Assembly (NCBI GenBank): GCA_031414595.1
Contig: JANNVX010000057.1
Span: forward strand, 1 to 20,021
Length of the DNA stretch: 20,021 bases
Direction: 5' to 3'
DNA from: Deinococcales bacterium
GTDB taxonomy: Bacteria; Deinococcota; Deinococci; Deinococcales; JAAFIG01
A program made the translations under genes and the position numbers. Each line of letters opens with the position of its first letter. Within the stretch, counting starts at the first letter, position 1. Below the pieces are notes generated by a model. That model was given only the letters and a program-made list of their open reading frames with translations. It searched no databases and had not been told where the DNA came from. Below are positions 1-8,596 of this stretch, piece after piece.

Positions 1-1
1 G

Positions 2-1465
2 AGCTTTGGCAAGTCTCGAGCTAAACAAGTCGAAAAACCAAGCACCACCTTCAAAGAAGTCGCGGGTTGCGATGAAGCCAAAGAAGAATTATCCGAAGTC
101 GTGGATTTCTTAAAAAACCCAACCAAGTACCACGACATCGGCGCAAGAATTCCCAAAGGTGTACTACTAATCGGTCCTCCAGGCAGTGGTAAAACACTGC
201 TGGCTCGAGCCGTGGCAGGTGAGGCTCGAGTCCCCTTCTTTACTATTTCAGGGTCAGACTTCGTAGAAATGTTCGTTGGTGTCGGGGCAGCCAGAGTTAG
301 GGATTTATTCGAGCAAGCCCGTAAAACCGCACCGTGTATTATCTTTATTGATGAAATAGATGCGGTTGGTCGTAAACGTGGTTCTGGTATGGGTGGCGGT
401 AACGATGAACGCGAACAAACCCTCAACCAATTATTAGTCGAAATGGATGGTTTTGAAACCAAACAAGACATTATTATCCTCGCCGCTACCAACCGCCCAG
501 ATGTTCTGGATGCTGCCTTACTTCGCCCTGGTCGCTTTGATCGGCAAGTCACGGTGGATGCCCCAGATGTGAAAGGACGCGAAGAAATCCTGCGGGTTCA
601 CTCGAGAAAAAAACCACTCGATGAAAGTGTTGACTTAAAAACTGTTGCTAAACGAACACCTGGTTTTGTTGGGGCAGACTTGGAGAACCTCCTCAATGAA
701 TCAGCCTTATTAGCGGCTCGAGGAGGCAGACGTAAAATCACGATGCGTGATATTGATGAAGCCGCAGACCGAGTGGTGATGGGAGCAGCCAGAAAATCTC
801 GAGTGATTCTGCTCGAGGATAAGTTGATTACGGCATATCATGAAGTTGGACATGCAATTGCAGCACATTTGCTACCGTTGTCGGATAGGGTACATAAACT
901 CACGATTGTACCGCGTGGTGGAGCGGCTGGCTACATGATGCCATTACCATCAGAAACACTGCATTACTCGAAATCCAGATTGCTCGATGAAATTGCGGTC
1001 TTCTTGGCTGGCAGATGTGCCGAAGAACTGCAATTTGCCGATGTCACGACTGGCGCACAAAATGATTTTCAACGCGCCACCAGCATTGCTAAACGCATGG
1101 TTGCCGAATGGGGAATGAGTCAAACCCTTGGGCATGTGGCACTGATTGAAGAAACCCAAAATTACTTGGGTTATGGTAACGAAAGCCGTTCCTACAGCAA
1201 TGCCACCGCCCAAGCCATAGATGCCGAAGTCAAAAGCATTATCGAGGTGCAGTATGTGCGGGTTAAGCACTTACTCGAGCAGAACCGCAACGCCATGGAC
1301 AGGGTAGTTGGTGTCTTACTCGAGCGTGAAACCCTCAACGGCGAAGAGTTCGCCACCGTTTTTGATGGTGGTTTGCTGCCCGAAGAACCCGAAGCTAAAC
1401 CTAACCTCGAGCCAAGTTTTATGCCCCCAAGTGTGCAACCAAAAACCAAGCCAAGCGGGGCTTAA
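2..1465 (+). CDS. ftsH: ATP-dependent zinc metalloprotease FtsH (5' end outside window)
   Basis: The frame is open from position 2 (SFGKSRAK...[23 protein letters not shown]). It has Walker A GPPGSGKT, Walker B IFIDEID, the [24 protein letters not shown] and the zinc motif HEVGH. Confidence 0.98.
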   Translation, partial: SFGKSRAKQVEKPSTTFKEVAGCDEAKEELSEVVDFLKNPTKYHDIGARIPKGVLLIGPPGSGKTLLARAVAGEARVPFFTISGSDFVEMFVGVGAARVRDLFEQARKTAPCIIFIDEIDAVGRKRGSGMGGGNDEREQTLNQLLVEMDGFETKQDIIILAATNRPDVLDAALLRPGRFDRQVTVDAPDVKGREEILRVHSRKKPLDESVDLKTVAKRTPGFVGADLENLLNESALLAARGGRRKITMRDIDEAADRVVMGAARKSRVILLEDKLITAYHEVGHAIAAHLLPLSDRVHKLTIVPRGGAAGYMMPLPSETLHYSKSRLLDEIAVFLAGRCAEELQFADVTTGAQNDFQRATSIAKRMVAEWGMSQTLGHVALIEETQNYLGYGNESRSYSNATAQAIDAEVKSIIEVQYVRVKHLLEQNRNAMDRVVGVLLERETLNGEEFATVFDGGLLPEEPEAKPNLEPSFMPPSVQPKTKPSGA

Positions 1466-1524
1466 ATTGACTTTAACAATAGTTCGGTAAATTCTCAGAG
1501 AAAATTCAAATTATGCTGTCCTAT

Positions 1525-1551
1525 AGGGCGAACACAGGGGTTCGCCCCTAC
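1525..1551 (-). repeat. GTAG-family REP-like extragenic palindrome
   Basis: The minus strand reads GTAG-GGGCGAAC-CCCTGT-GTTCGCCC-T: a GTAG tetranucleotide followed by an 8-bp GC-rich hairpin, between convergent genes. It may also act as a terminator. Confidence 0.65.
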
Positions 1552-1589
1552 GAACTACAAATACGTCACCAACACGAAAAATTAAAAAA

Positions 1590-4500
1590 CTACCAAACCA
1601 TTGATTTTAAGGCAACGGCAATTAAACTCGAGTTGACTTGCTCGAGTTGTGCTGGACTCAATTTTTTCTCTAAAGTATCACGCAGTAACACCGCATGTTC
1701 GCGTCCAATGCTGCGTTTAACACCGCAATCACCAATCGGACGAGCAAGGCGCACCAAGGTTTCTTTGTATTCCATGCCCAAACCAACTCGGGCGGCTAGT
1801 TCATAGAGCGTCCAGAACCACAAGTAATCTTCTCTAGGGGCTTGGCTGGCGCGTAAGACCGTGGCATATTGGCGCTGCATTAACAAATCTTCGATTTCGG
1901 CAAGGGCATACAACCCATGATGCCAAGCGGGAATCATTTCTAATGGCGGTAAAGACCCAAGTGGTTGACCCAAGAAACGGGCTAAACGCACCCGCCAAAT
2001 CATCATCGCGGGTGCATCAAAACGCTGTGCCAAGGCAAGGGCTTGTTCAAGTTGCCCTAGCATGGTGTGGCACAAAACACTATTTTCGGCCGCAATATTC
2101 TCGAGTTCACGGTCATCGGCGCGTTTTGCCAACACCAAGGCTCGTTTGAAGCGTTCTAAAGCCTCTTCGACATCATCTTCTAAGGTCAGAATCACACCAG
2201 TGTTATTGAGGCTAAAGACTTGGAGTTCTAAATGCCCAACTCGAGCCGCCTCCTCAGAAATTTCGGCATGGACTTCTAAAGCCCTTGACCATTGGCGTTT
2301 ACCACTGTAGGCATTGGCTTCTAAGCGGCGCAGTTGCAGATAACGCAGCAAATCGGTTTCACGGCTGAGGCGGCTTTGGGTGGCTTTGGTTAAAAGTAAG
2401 GTACGGTTATACTGCCCTAACGTTAAAGCAATCTGCCCCAGAAGCAGCAAGGCATCCACCTCGAGTTCAAGGTCATGTCCCTTGAGGTTTGCCCAAGCCA
2501 TTAAGGCATGGTGTCTGGCGGTGGCAATATCGGACATCGCCAGCGCCACCCGAGCGCGAGCCAGCAACACTTCTGCCCCAGAAGCTCGAGATAGCACTTC
2601 TAAAGCCCGTATTGGTTCGCCCCTTGCCGTTAAGAGTTCGGCAAGTCGCAGTCTGGCTTTGGCTTCAAGGTTGCTGTCAGCGTGGTACAAAACTTCGCGG
2701 TAATGGCGTTCGGCTTCGGCAATATGCCCAGTGGCTCGCAAGGCTTCGGCAAGTCCAAGGGTAGCTCGAGCGCGTAACTGACTGCCCTCAGAACTGGTTA
2801 AGTGCGAGGCGGACTCGAGGGCTGCCCTAAAACCACGTTCGGCAAGGGCATAATGCAGGTTTTTTAAGGCACTTTCACCGCCGCGTACTCCCATTTCAAG
2901 GGCTTTTTGATAGTGCTGGGCAATCGCATGATGCTCAGCTAATTCGACATCTGAGGCACGTAAACTAAGGCGTTCGGCGGCTTTGGCATGGAGTTGTTTG
3001 GCGTTGCTACCACTTAAATCCGAACGCAATTTAGCCGCGTATTCAGGATGGGTAAATTTATAGCCGTTGCCTCGAGTCCCCGCAATTTCAAGCAGCACCC
3101 GCGCCCGCATCATGTCTTCAAGCGCACTGATGGCGAGGTCATCATCCCAGCCAAGTAATTTTCGGGCATCTTCATAATCAAAACGAGTTCCAAGCACGGC
3201 GGCAGCTTGGGCAAACAGCAGCGCCGTCCCTGTTAATTGCTCCAAGCGTTTCTCGAGGATTCCAGCAATATTCTCTGGAATTTGGTCGTCAATGCGTGTC
3301 CATTCAAAAATACCATCGCGCTCGAGCAGTTGCCGACGCTCGAGCATGGTGCGTAAACGTTCCTCGAGCAACCACGGATTACCGCCACTGCGTTCAAGTA
3401 AGACATCCCGCAAACGTGCCTCGACGGGCGCACCAAGTCGGGCTTCAATCAAGCGCTCCAAGGCTTCTGGCGGCAAGGCACTTAAAGCAACCGTTTGGTT
3501 ACGGGCAGGTAAATGACGCTCAAACCCGTAGGCTAAATCTTCGGGGCGGTAGGTCAGGATTGTCCGAACCTTATTTGCACCACGTAAACCATGAGCCAAA
3601 TGCCGCAAATCCTCGGCATTGGCAAAATGCAAATCCTCAAAAACAACAATCCCATTGGTGTCCTCGAGTAATTCACGCAGGGCTTCATAACGGGCAAGAC
3701 GCTGTAAATCACTGCTCCAAGCCCCTGATTTTAGACCGTCTCTGGCGGTCTCCGACAAACCCCAAAATGCCTCGGGTTGCTTTTCGGTCAACAACTCTAT
3801 AAAACGCTCAAACCACGCTCCCGGCGCGTCATTCTCGAGCCAATGGACTTGAAGCCATGTGTTTTGAAAATTACCTGCCAGTTCTTGCAGCAAGCGCGAT
3901 TTGCCAATACCCGCCTCGCCAAGCAAAGCCACCACACAATGAATCGGTTCAAGCGCTCGGTACAGGCTTGACAATTCCAAAGCCCGACCAATCATCGGGG
4001 CAGACAGCAGTTGTGGCGGCGGCACAGTCTGTTTGGTTTGTACCCCACGCAAGGTGGCTGCTACTTCGAAAGCACTGATTGGGCGTTCGTTCGGAAATTT
4101 AGCCAGTAAGCTCATGGCTAATTGCTCCAAGTCGCTTGGAATATCGGCTCTGAATTCACGCACCGAACGCGGATTGACCTGTAAATGCGACAACAGCACC
4201 TCGGCAATGCTATTAGATTCAAATGGCACTCGCCCACAAAGGGCTTGGTAGAGCATTACCCCAAGCGCATACAAATCTGAGCGCGGGTCGAGTTCCAAAC
4301 CACGGCATTGCTCTGGCGACATATACAAAACCGTGCCAACCATCGCCCCTTCTCGAGTCAGCAGCACACTGTTGTCATTGGCTTTGGACAAGCCAAAATC
4401 CATCAGTTTGACCTTATTTTGCGTATTCAGCATCACGTTTTCGGGCTTTAAGTCACGGTGCAGCATCCCCACGCCATGCACCACGGTAAGCGCATCGCAA

Positions 4501-4820
4501 AGCTGAGCAAACACATCACGCACTGCTTCTAAACTCGGACGCGACTCAATCCACTCTTGTAAGGTTTGCCCTTCAACATACTCGAGCGTTAGATACGGTG
4601 AACCAGCGTTTTCTCCATAATCCAAGACCTCGATAATATTGGGGTGTTTTAGACTCGAGAGCGCCCGAAATTCGCGTTTCATTCGAGCGCCACCCGCAAA
4701 AGCAATGTTGCTGTGTAATTGTTTTAGGGCAACCAGCCGTTTACTCACGGTGTCAAGCGCCAAAAGCACCCGAGCCGAAGCCCCGACACCCAATTCGCGC
4801 ACCACCGAGTAACGTTCCAT
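1590..4820 (-). CDS. Ser/Thr protein kinase fused to a P-loop NTPase (AAA_16/STAND-like) and TPR-like helical repeats
   Basis: Hanks kinase motifs GVGASARV, VALK, HRDLKPEN, DFG, YMSPEQ and DLYALG. Walker A GEAGIGKS, Walker B VVFEDLH, GGNPWLL, then Ala/Leu-rich TPR-like repeats. ATG at 4820 is preferred over TTG at 4853. Confidence 0.9.
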   Translation of the reverse strand: MERYSVVRELGVGASARVLLALDTVSKRLVALKQLHSNIAFAGGARMKREFRALSSLKHPNIIEVLDYGENAGSPYLTLEYVEGQTLQEWIESRPSLEAVRDVFAQLCDALTVVHGVGMLHRDLKPENVMLNTQNKVKLMDFGLSKANDNSVLLTREGAMVGTVLYMSPEQCRGLELDPRSDLYALGVMLYQALCGRVPFESNSIAEVLLSHLQVNPRSVREFRADIPSDLEQLAMSLLAKFPNERPISAFEVAATLRGVQTKQTVPPPQLLSAPMIGRALELSSLYRALEPIHCVVALLGEAGIGKSRLLQELAGNFQNTWLQVHWLENDAPGAWFERFIELLTEKQPEAFWGLSETARDGLKSGAWSSDLQRLARYEALRELLEDTNGIVVFEDLHFANAEDLRHLAHGLRGANKVRTILTYRPEDLAYGFERHLPARNQTVALSALPPEALERLIEARLGAPVEARLRDVLLERSGGNPWLLEERLRTMLERRQLLERDGIFEWTRIDDQIPENIAGILEKRLEQLTGTALLFAQAAAVLGTRFDYEDARKLLGWDDDLAISALEDMMRARVLLEIAGTRGNGYKFTHPEYAAKLRSDLSGSNAKQLHAKAAERLSLRASDVELAEHHAIAQHYQKALEMGVRGGESALKNLHYALAERGFRAALESASHLTSSEGSQLRARATLGLAEALRATGHIAEAERHYREVLYHADSNLEAKARLRLAELLTARGEPIRALEVLSRASGAEVLLARARVALAMSDIATARHHALMAWANLKGHDLELEVDALLLLGQIALTLGQYNRTLLLTKATQSRLSRETDLLRYLQLRRLEANAYSGKRQWSRALEVHAEISEEAARVGHLELQVFSLNNTGVILTLEDDVEEALERFKRALVLAKRADDRELENIAAENSVLCHTMLGQLEQALALAQRFDAPAMMIWRVRLARFLGQPLGSLPPLEMIPAWHHGLYALAEIEDLLMQRQYATVLRASQAPREDYLWFWTLYELAARVGLGMEYKETLVRLARPIGDCGVKRSIGREHAVLLRDTLEKKLSPAQLEQVNSSLIAVALKSMVW

Positions 4821-4880
4821 ACGGTTGCTATTATGCCTTATTCTCGTGACCAATTGATTGCGCCTAAAGACCTACGGATT

Positions 4881-5576
4881 CTATAACTCGAGAATTACCT
4901 GTGGTACAAAACGCACTGCATCAGCCGCCACATAAGAAAGTGGAATCCCGTCCCAGTGGCGCAACACCCGAGAAGCATCAATGCCATGCAAATGCCCATA
5001 CACCACTGCGTCAGGTTGTAACTCCTCGATAAACTTAGTAAAGCCGCTTGGTTCAAACGCCCCGTTGGTTGGTGGGTAATGTAGCATCAGCACCAGACGG
5101 CTGTAATGCTTGCCGCGTAAAGAAATTTTAGCCAGTTCAAGCCGCTCGAGTTCACGCTTATAAATTTTTTCGTCATCCAAGCTAAAATCGTCCTGCCCCG
5201 GACTTGTCCAACCCCTCGAGCCAAGAATTGCCACATCGCCAACCAGTACCGAATCGTGTTGCAAGGCTTGAATACTTGGTGGTAGGGCTGCCCGTACCTT
5301 AGAAATGCTGCCCCACCAATAATCGTGATTGCCACGAATGATAATTTTATTGCCCGGCAGGGCGGCAATCATTTCTAAGTCTGGTAATGCCTCCTCGAGT
5401 CGCATTCCCCAAGAAATATCACCAGCAATTAGCACCGTGTCATCAGGGCGCACCGTCTCGAGCCACTTTTCAAAAAAGATTTGTGGATGCCCCTGCCAAT
5501 TGCCACCAAAAATACCCATGGATTTACCATGCACCGCCGACAAGTGTGGGTCGGCAATCGCAAGAAGTCGTGGCAT
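4881..5576 (-). CDS. Calcineurin-like metallophosphoesterase (DR1119-like subfamily)
   Basis: Motifs IADPH, AGDISW, RGNHDYWW, LHYPP and YGHLH. Start placed at ATG 5576 because a TAAACT -10 box lies 7 nt upstream. Confidence 0.9.
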   Translation of the reverse strand: MPRLLAIADPHLSAVHGKSMGIFGGNWQGHPQIFFEKWLETVRPDDTVLIAGDISWGMRLEEALPDLEMIAALPGNKIIIRGNHDYWWGSISKVRAALPPSIQALQHDSVLVGDVAILGSRGWTSPGQDDFSLDDEKIYKRELERLELAKISLRGKHYSRLVLMLHYPPTNGAFEPSGFTKFIEELQPDAVVYGHLHGIDASRVLRHWDGIPLSYVAADAVRFVPQVILEL

Positions 5577-5583
5577 AGAGAGC

Positions 5584-5589
5584 AGTTTA
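5584..5589 (-). promoter_or_regulatory. -10 box of a leaderless promoter (metallophosphoesterase)
   Basis: TAAACT-gctctct-ATG on the minus strand, with no Shine-Dalgarno sequence. Confidence 0.6.
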
Positions 5590-5675
5590 ACTTTATCTGA
5601 CCACAAAGTTAGATACCACCCCACTTTAAGACTCGAGAACCTGCCATTAGGGTTGTGTATTAACGCAAAAAACCT

Positions 5676-6284
5676 TTAGAACTGGGCAATCAAAAGCGCA
5701 CAACCAGACTCGAGCCGAACATCTATTTTTCCGTGAGCAATGTTGGAAATCCCTAGGCTTGAACCGAATCCTAAATTGGCATTCTCGAGATTCCACTTGG
5801 CGTTTTGAATGGTTAAACCAGTGCAGTTCTCGAGCGCTAAAATACTAAAAGTCTGGTTATTCTCGAGCGGAATGCAGTGCTGATTTACAACAATCCAAGC
5901 CGCTTCTGAGCCACTCTCGAGACCCACCACAAACCCACTTTTTGTTTCTCGAGCCGCCAAAAGTGCAATCCCAAGCGCATGGTCAAACCGTCCACCAAAC
6001 GCGCCAAGTATGGTGGCACTGGTTGCCCCAAGGCTTTTAGCAGCTATAAGTGCCAACTCGAGGTCGGTGCTGTCTTTTTCTGCTGGGAAAGTCTGACGTG
6101 GTGCATCTAAGATAATCCCATCGCTCGAGTCAAAATCTCCGACCCATTGTGTTACCGTTAAACCCAGCCTAACGGCGTGCCTTGCGCCGCCATCGGCTGC
6201 CACCACAAGGCGAAAAGCCTCCGCCAAAGCCACAACTCGAGGGGTGATACTCAGGTCTCCAGCCGCAAGAATAAGCGCGTGCAT
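5676..6284 (-). CDS. thiN: Thiamine pyrophosphokinase
   Basis: Motifs VAADGGA, VGDFDS, EKDSTDLELA, GAFGGRFDH and SSLGISN. Confidence 0.95.
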   Translation of the reverse strand: MHALILAAGDLSITPRVVALAEAFRLVVAADGGARHAVRLGLTVTQWVGDFDSSDGIILDAPRQTFPAEKDSTDLELALIAAKSLGATSATILGAFGGRFDHALGIALLAARETKSGFVVGLESGSEAAWIVVNQHCIPLENNQTFSILALENCTGLTIQNAKWNLENANLGFGSSLGISNIAHGKIDVRLESGCALLIAQF

Positions 6285-6289
6285 AGGCT

Positions 6290-6769
6290 TTACTTGCGTT
6301 TGAAACTCGGTTTTTCATCCTCGGGTTCTTGACCGTCTAAGTTCTGAATGGCAGAAACAAAATCTTGGACATTATCAAAATCCTTATAGACACTGGCAAA
6401 ACGAATATACGCCACATCGTCTATGCCGCGTAAAAATTTCATGGCACGACGACCAATTTCGACACTCTGAATTTCGGTGTCGCCAAAACCATCTTCTAAA
6501 CTAAAGGCAAAAGCCCGTAAGCGCTCCGCATCCACTGGGCGTTTTTCGCAAGCAATAATTAAGCCCCGCAGCAACTTATCTGGGTCAAAGGTTTCTTTGC
6601 GTCCAGAACGTTTAAGCACCGTCAAAGGTTCAAATTGAGCGCGTTCATAACTGGTGAATCGGTAGCCACAATTCGGGCATTCTCTACGCCGACGAATACT
6701 TGCCCCTTCGTCCGAAGGGCGCGAATCCACAACTCTGGTGTCTAAATGTTGACAACGAGGACACTTCAT
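6290..6769 (-). CDS. nrdR: Transcriptional repressor NrdR
   Basis: MKCPRC...VVDSR...IRRRRECPNCGYRFTSYER zinc ribbon, an ATP-cone domain and DVAYIRFASVY. Confidence 0.98.
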   Translation of the reverse strand: MKCPRCQHLDTRVVDSRPSDEGASIRRRRECPNCGYRFTSYERAQFEPLTVLKRSGRKETFDPDKLLRGLIIACEKRPVDAERLRAFAFSLEDGFGDTEIQSVEIGRRAMKFLRGIDDVAYIRFASVYKDFDNVQDFVSAIQNLDGQEPEDEKPSFKRK

Positions 6770-7482
6770 TCTAAGAACTCCCGAGGAATAAGTTTTTTGC
6801 GTTCAGGCAAGGGTGCAAGTTTAACTCCAATGGTCTGACCCGTAATGCCCCTTGCCGCAGGTAAAGCCAAACTTAAAGCACTTTCGCCAAGTCGCGCATC
6901 AAAATCTACACCACCAGAAATCCTTGAAGGAACAAGCGCATTGGTACGCACCCCCATGTCGGATAAGCCACCGACAATCCCCGAAAGATACGCCCGTAAA
7001 CCCCTTGTATGCGGCTCGTTATTATCCGAAGGCGGCAAGACCAGCGTTGCCCACGCAAGCGGCGCTCGGCGCATCAGGGCTTGCATCACCAAGTAACTCG
7101 AGCGGGCTTGAACTTCAAACATCTCGTTGAATTCGGATTCGGTCAGTTTCTTAAATGGCGTAACACTGACCCCATCGGCAATATGCACCAACCCAGAAAT
7201 ACTGCCGTAAATCTCGAGAATTTTATCAAAAACTTTTTTAACCTCGAGCTGCACCGCCGTATCGCCTTTGACGGGAATGGTTTCAATACCAAGCCGCTCG
7301 AGTTCGGCAGCTGTTTGCGAAGCCGCTTCAGGATTGGGGTCAATCACCACCACTGTCGCCCCAGCCAAACCCAAAGCCCGAGCGATGCTATGCCCAAAGC
7401 CTCTGCCAGCCCCACTGACGGCAATGACAGTGTCCGCTAAGGGCTTGGCGGAAATCGGACTTTGAAGACTGGTCTGGGTCAC
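6766..7482 (-). CDS. SDR-family (Rossmann fold) protein with atypical catalytic motif
   Basis: VSGAGRGFG nucleotide-binding motif and C-terminal ITGQTI. No YxxxK. GTG start at 7482 inferred from TATGAT 6 nt upstream. The stop overlaps the nrdR start (ATGA). Confidence 0.8.
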   Translation of the reverse strand: MTQTSLQSPISAKPLADTVIAVSGAGRGFGHSIARALGLAGATVVVIDPNPEAASQTAAELERLGIETIPVKGDTAVQLEVKKVFDKILEIYGSISGLVHIADGVSVTPFKKLTESEFNEMFEVQARSSYLVMQALMRRAPLAWATLVLPPSDNNEPHTRGLRAYLSGIVGGLSDMGVRTNALVPSRISGGVDFDARLGESALSLALPAARGITGQTIGVKLAPLPERKKLIPREFLE

Positions 7483-7488
7483 AAGTGC

Positions 7489-7540
7489 ATCATACTCATT
7501 TATCGGGGTGCTTGCCAAACTCGAGTAACCATGCTACACT
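7489..7540. promoter_or_regulatory. Overlapping divergent sigma70-type promoters (tRNA-Ala on +, SDR-nrdR-thiN on -)
   Basis: Plus strand: TTGCCA (7512-17), 17 bp, then TACACT (7535-40) with an extended TG. Minus strand: TTGGCA (7518-13), 18 bp, TATGAT (7494-89), 6 nt, GTG. Confidence 0.7.
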
Positions 7541-7571
7541 CCCAAAGCTCGAGGTTAGGGCAATCCCAAGA

Positions 7572-7647
<76 letters not shown>

Positions 7648-7651
7648 GAAT

Positions 7652-7680
7652 AAAACCGCCTTCTAGGGCGGTTTTTTGTT
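7652..7680 (+). terminator. Rho-independent terminator after tRNA-Ala
   Basis: AAAACCGCC-ttctag-GGCGGTTTT followed by a T tract. Confidence 0.85.
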
Positions 7681-7692
7681 TTGGGCTTAAAT

Positions 7693-8402
7693 TACGTTTG
7701 GTCTCGAGCTAAGAGCGTGTTTATAAACGGAATACGAATCCGCAAAACCAAGTGCGGCGCAGCCAAGAATGAAACCGAAGCAAAGAAAGCCCTTACCTTG
7801 GCTCGAGCCGACAAGGAACGCGGGACACTGGCAACACCTGATCGAGTGACAGTAGCCGAATGGTTAGCCCAATGGCTGGAAGGTAAAAAGGCAACAATCA
7901 CAGACAGCAGTAAAGCCCGATACGCTGGCATCATCAAAAACCATTTGATACCCAAACTTGGTGATAAAAGATTCCAAGCCCTAAAACCGCTTGACCTTCG
8001 CAACTTTTACAACGACCTTATAGAGATAGGCTTAACCCCCAAGAGGATTCGCAGCATTGTTCTCTGCCTTAAAACAAGTGGTGTCCCTCGAGTTGACGAT
8101 GCGAAACATTGCTGATGTTGTCCGTCCTGAATTGCCAAGGCAAGACAACAATGCTAAAGCAGCTAAGGCATGGACAGCTACCAAAGCCAAAACATTTTTA
8201 ACCGTTGCTCGAGGTCATTATCTGTATCCCATGTTTACTTGATGCTTGCTGATATAGTTGGGGGTATGTCCCACATGTATGCCGTCATTATCTGTATCCC
8301 ATGTTTTACTTGATGCTTGGGTTACGCCGTGGTGAGGTTTGCGGGTTGTGATGGTCAAGTATTGACCTTGAGAGAAAAACCCTCACAGTACAGGATAACA
8401 AA
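7693..8402 (+). pseudogene. Degraded tyrosine integrase (phage/ICE type)
   Basis: N-terminal and SAM-like segment (TVAEWLAQWLE...YAGIIKNHLIPKLG) and a frameshift near 8056 into LFSALKQVVSLELTMRNIADVVRP...AWT. A second frameshift and duplication follow, then box I GLRRGEVCGL*WSSIDLE with an in-frame TGA at 8349-51. The HxxR and catalytic Tyr region is absent. Confidence 0.9.
8214..8319 (+). repeat. 35/36-bp direct repeat inside the integrase relic
   Basis: GTCATTATCTGTATCCCATGTTT(T)ACTTGATGCTTG at 8214-8248 and 8284-8319, separated by 35 bp. Confidence 0.95.
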
Positions 8403-8420
8403 CCCTGTACTGTGAGGGTT
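8378..8420. repeat. Perfect 17-bp inverted repeat, possible terminator for tRNA-Arg
   Basis: AACCCTCACAGTACAGG (8378-94), 9-nt loop, CCTGTACTGTGAGGGTT (8404-20). On the minus strand it begins 6 nt after the tRNA CCA and ends in TTTTT. Confidence 0.85.
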
Positions 8421-8426
8421 AGCATT

Positions 8427-8503
8427 TGGCGCACCCAGAGAGGCTCGAACTCCCGACCCGCGAGTTAGAAGCTCGCTGCTCTATCCGGCTGAGCTATGGG
8501 TGC
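8427..8503 (-). tRNA. tRNA-Arg (anticodon UCU)
   Basis: Reverse complement GCACCCATAGCTCAGCCGGATAGAGCAGCGAG-CTTCTAA-CTCGCGGGTCGGGAGTTCGAGCCTCTCTGGGTGCG-CCA, 77 nt. Confidence 0.97.
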
Positions 8504-8517
8504 ATCAGCGCCCAAGG

Positions 8518-8546
8518 ATTCTAAAGCCAAGGCTCGAGATGTGCAA
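8518..8546 (-). promoter_or_regulatory. sigma70-type promoter of tRNA-Arg
   Basis: Minus strand TTGCAC, 17 bp, TAGAAT, ending 14 nt before the mature tRNA 5' end. Confidence 0.75.
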
Positions 8547-8550
8547 GTGC

Positions 8551-8581
8551 AAAAAAACTTTGGAGGCGTACCTCCAAAGTT
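8551..8581 (-). terminator. Rho-independent terminator after the carboxypeptidase gene
   Basis: Minus strand AACTTTGGAGG-tacg-CCTCCAAAG-TTTTTTT. Confidence 0.85.
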
Positions 8582-8596
8582 CTGTGGCTTGGTTTT

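Noticed and set aside
1513-1806. 97-aa plus-strand ORF
   Set aside because: It starts across the REP-like hairpin and is mostly antisense to the kinase gene, with no recognisable motif.
7681-8242. ORFs 7681..8115 and 8057..8242 as functional genes or a programmed frameshift
   Set aside because: They are fragments of one integrase that has further frameshifts, an in-frame stop and no catalytic C-terminus.
8214-8319. Mini CRISPR array (repeat and spacer sizes fit)
   Set aside because: There are only two copies, the repeat is integrase coding sequence, it has no CRISPR-like end or hairpin, and no cas genes are in the window.
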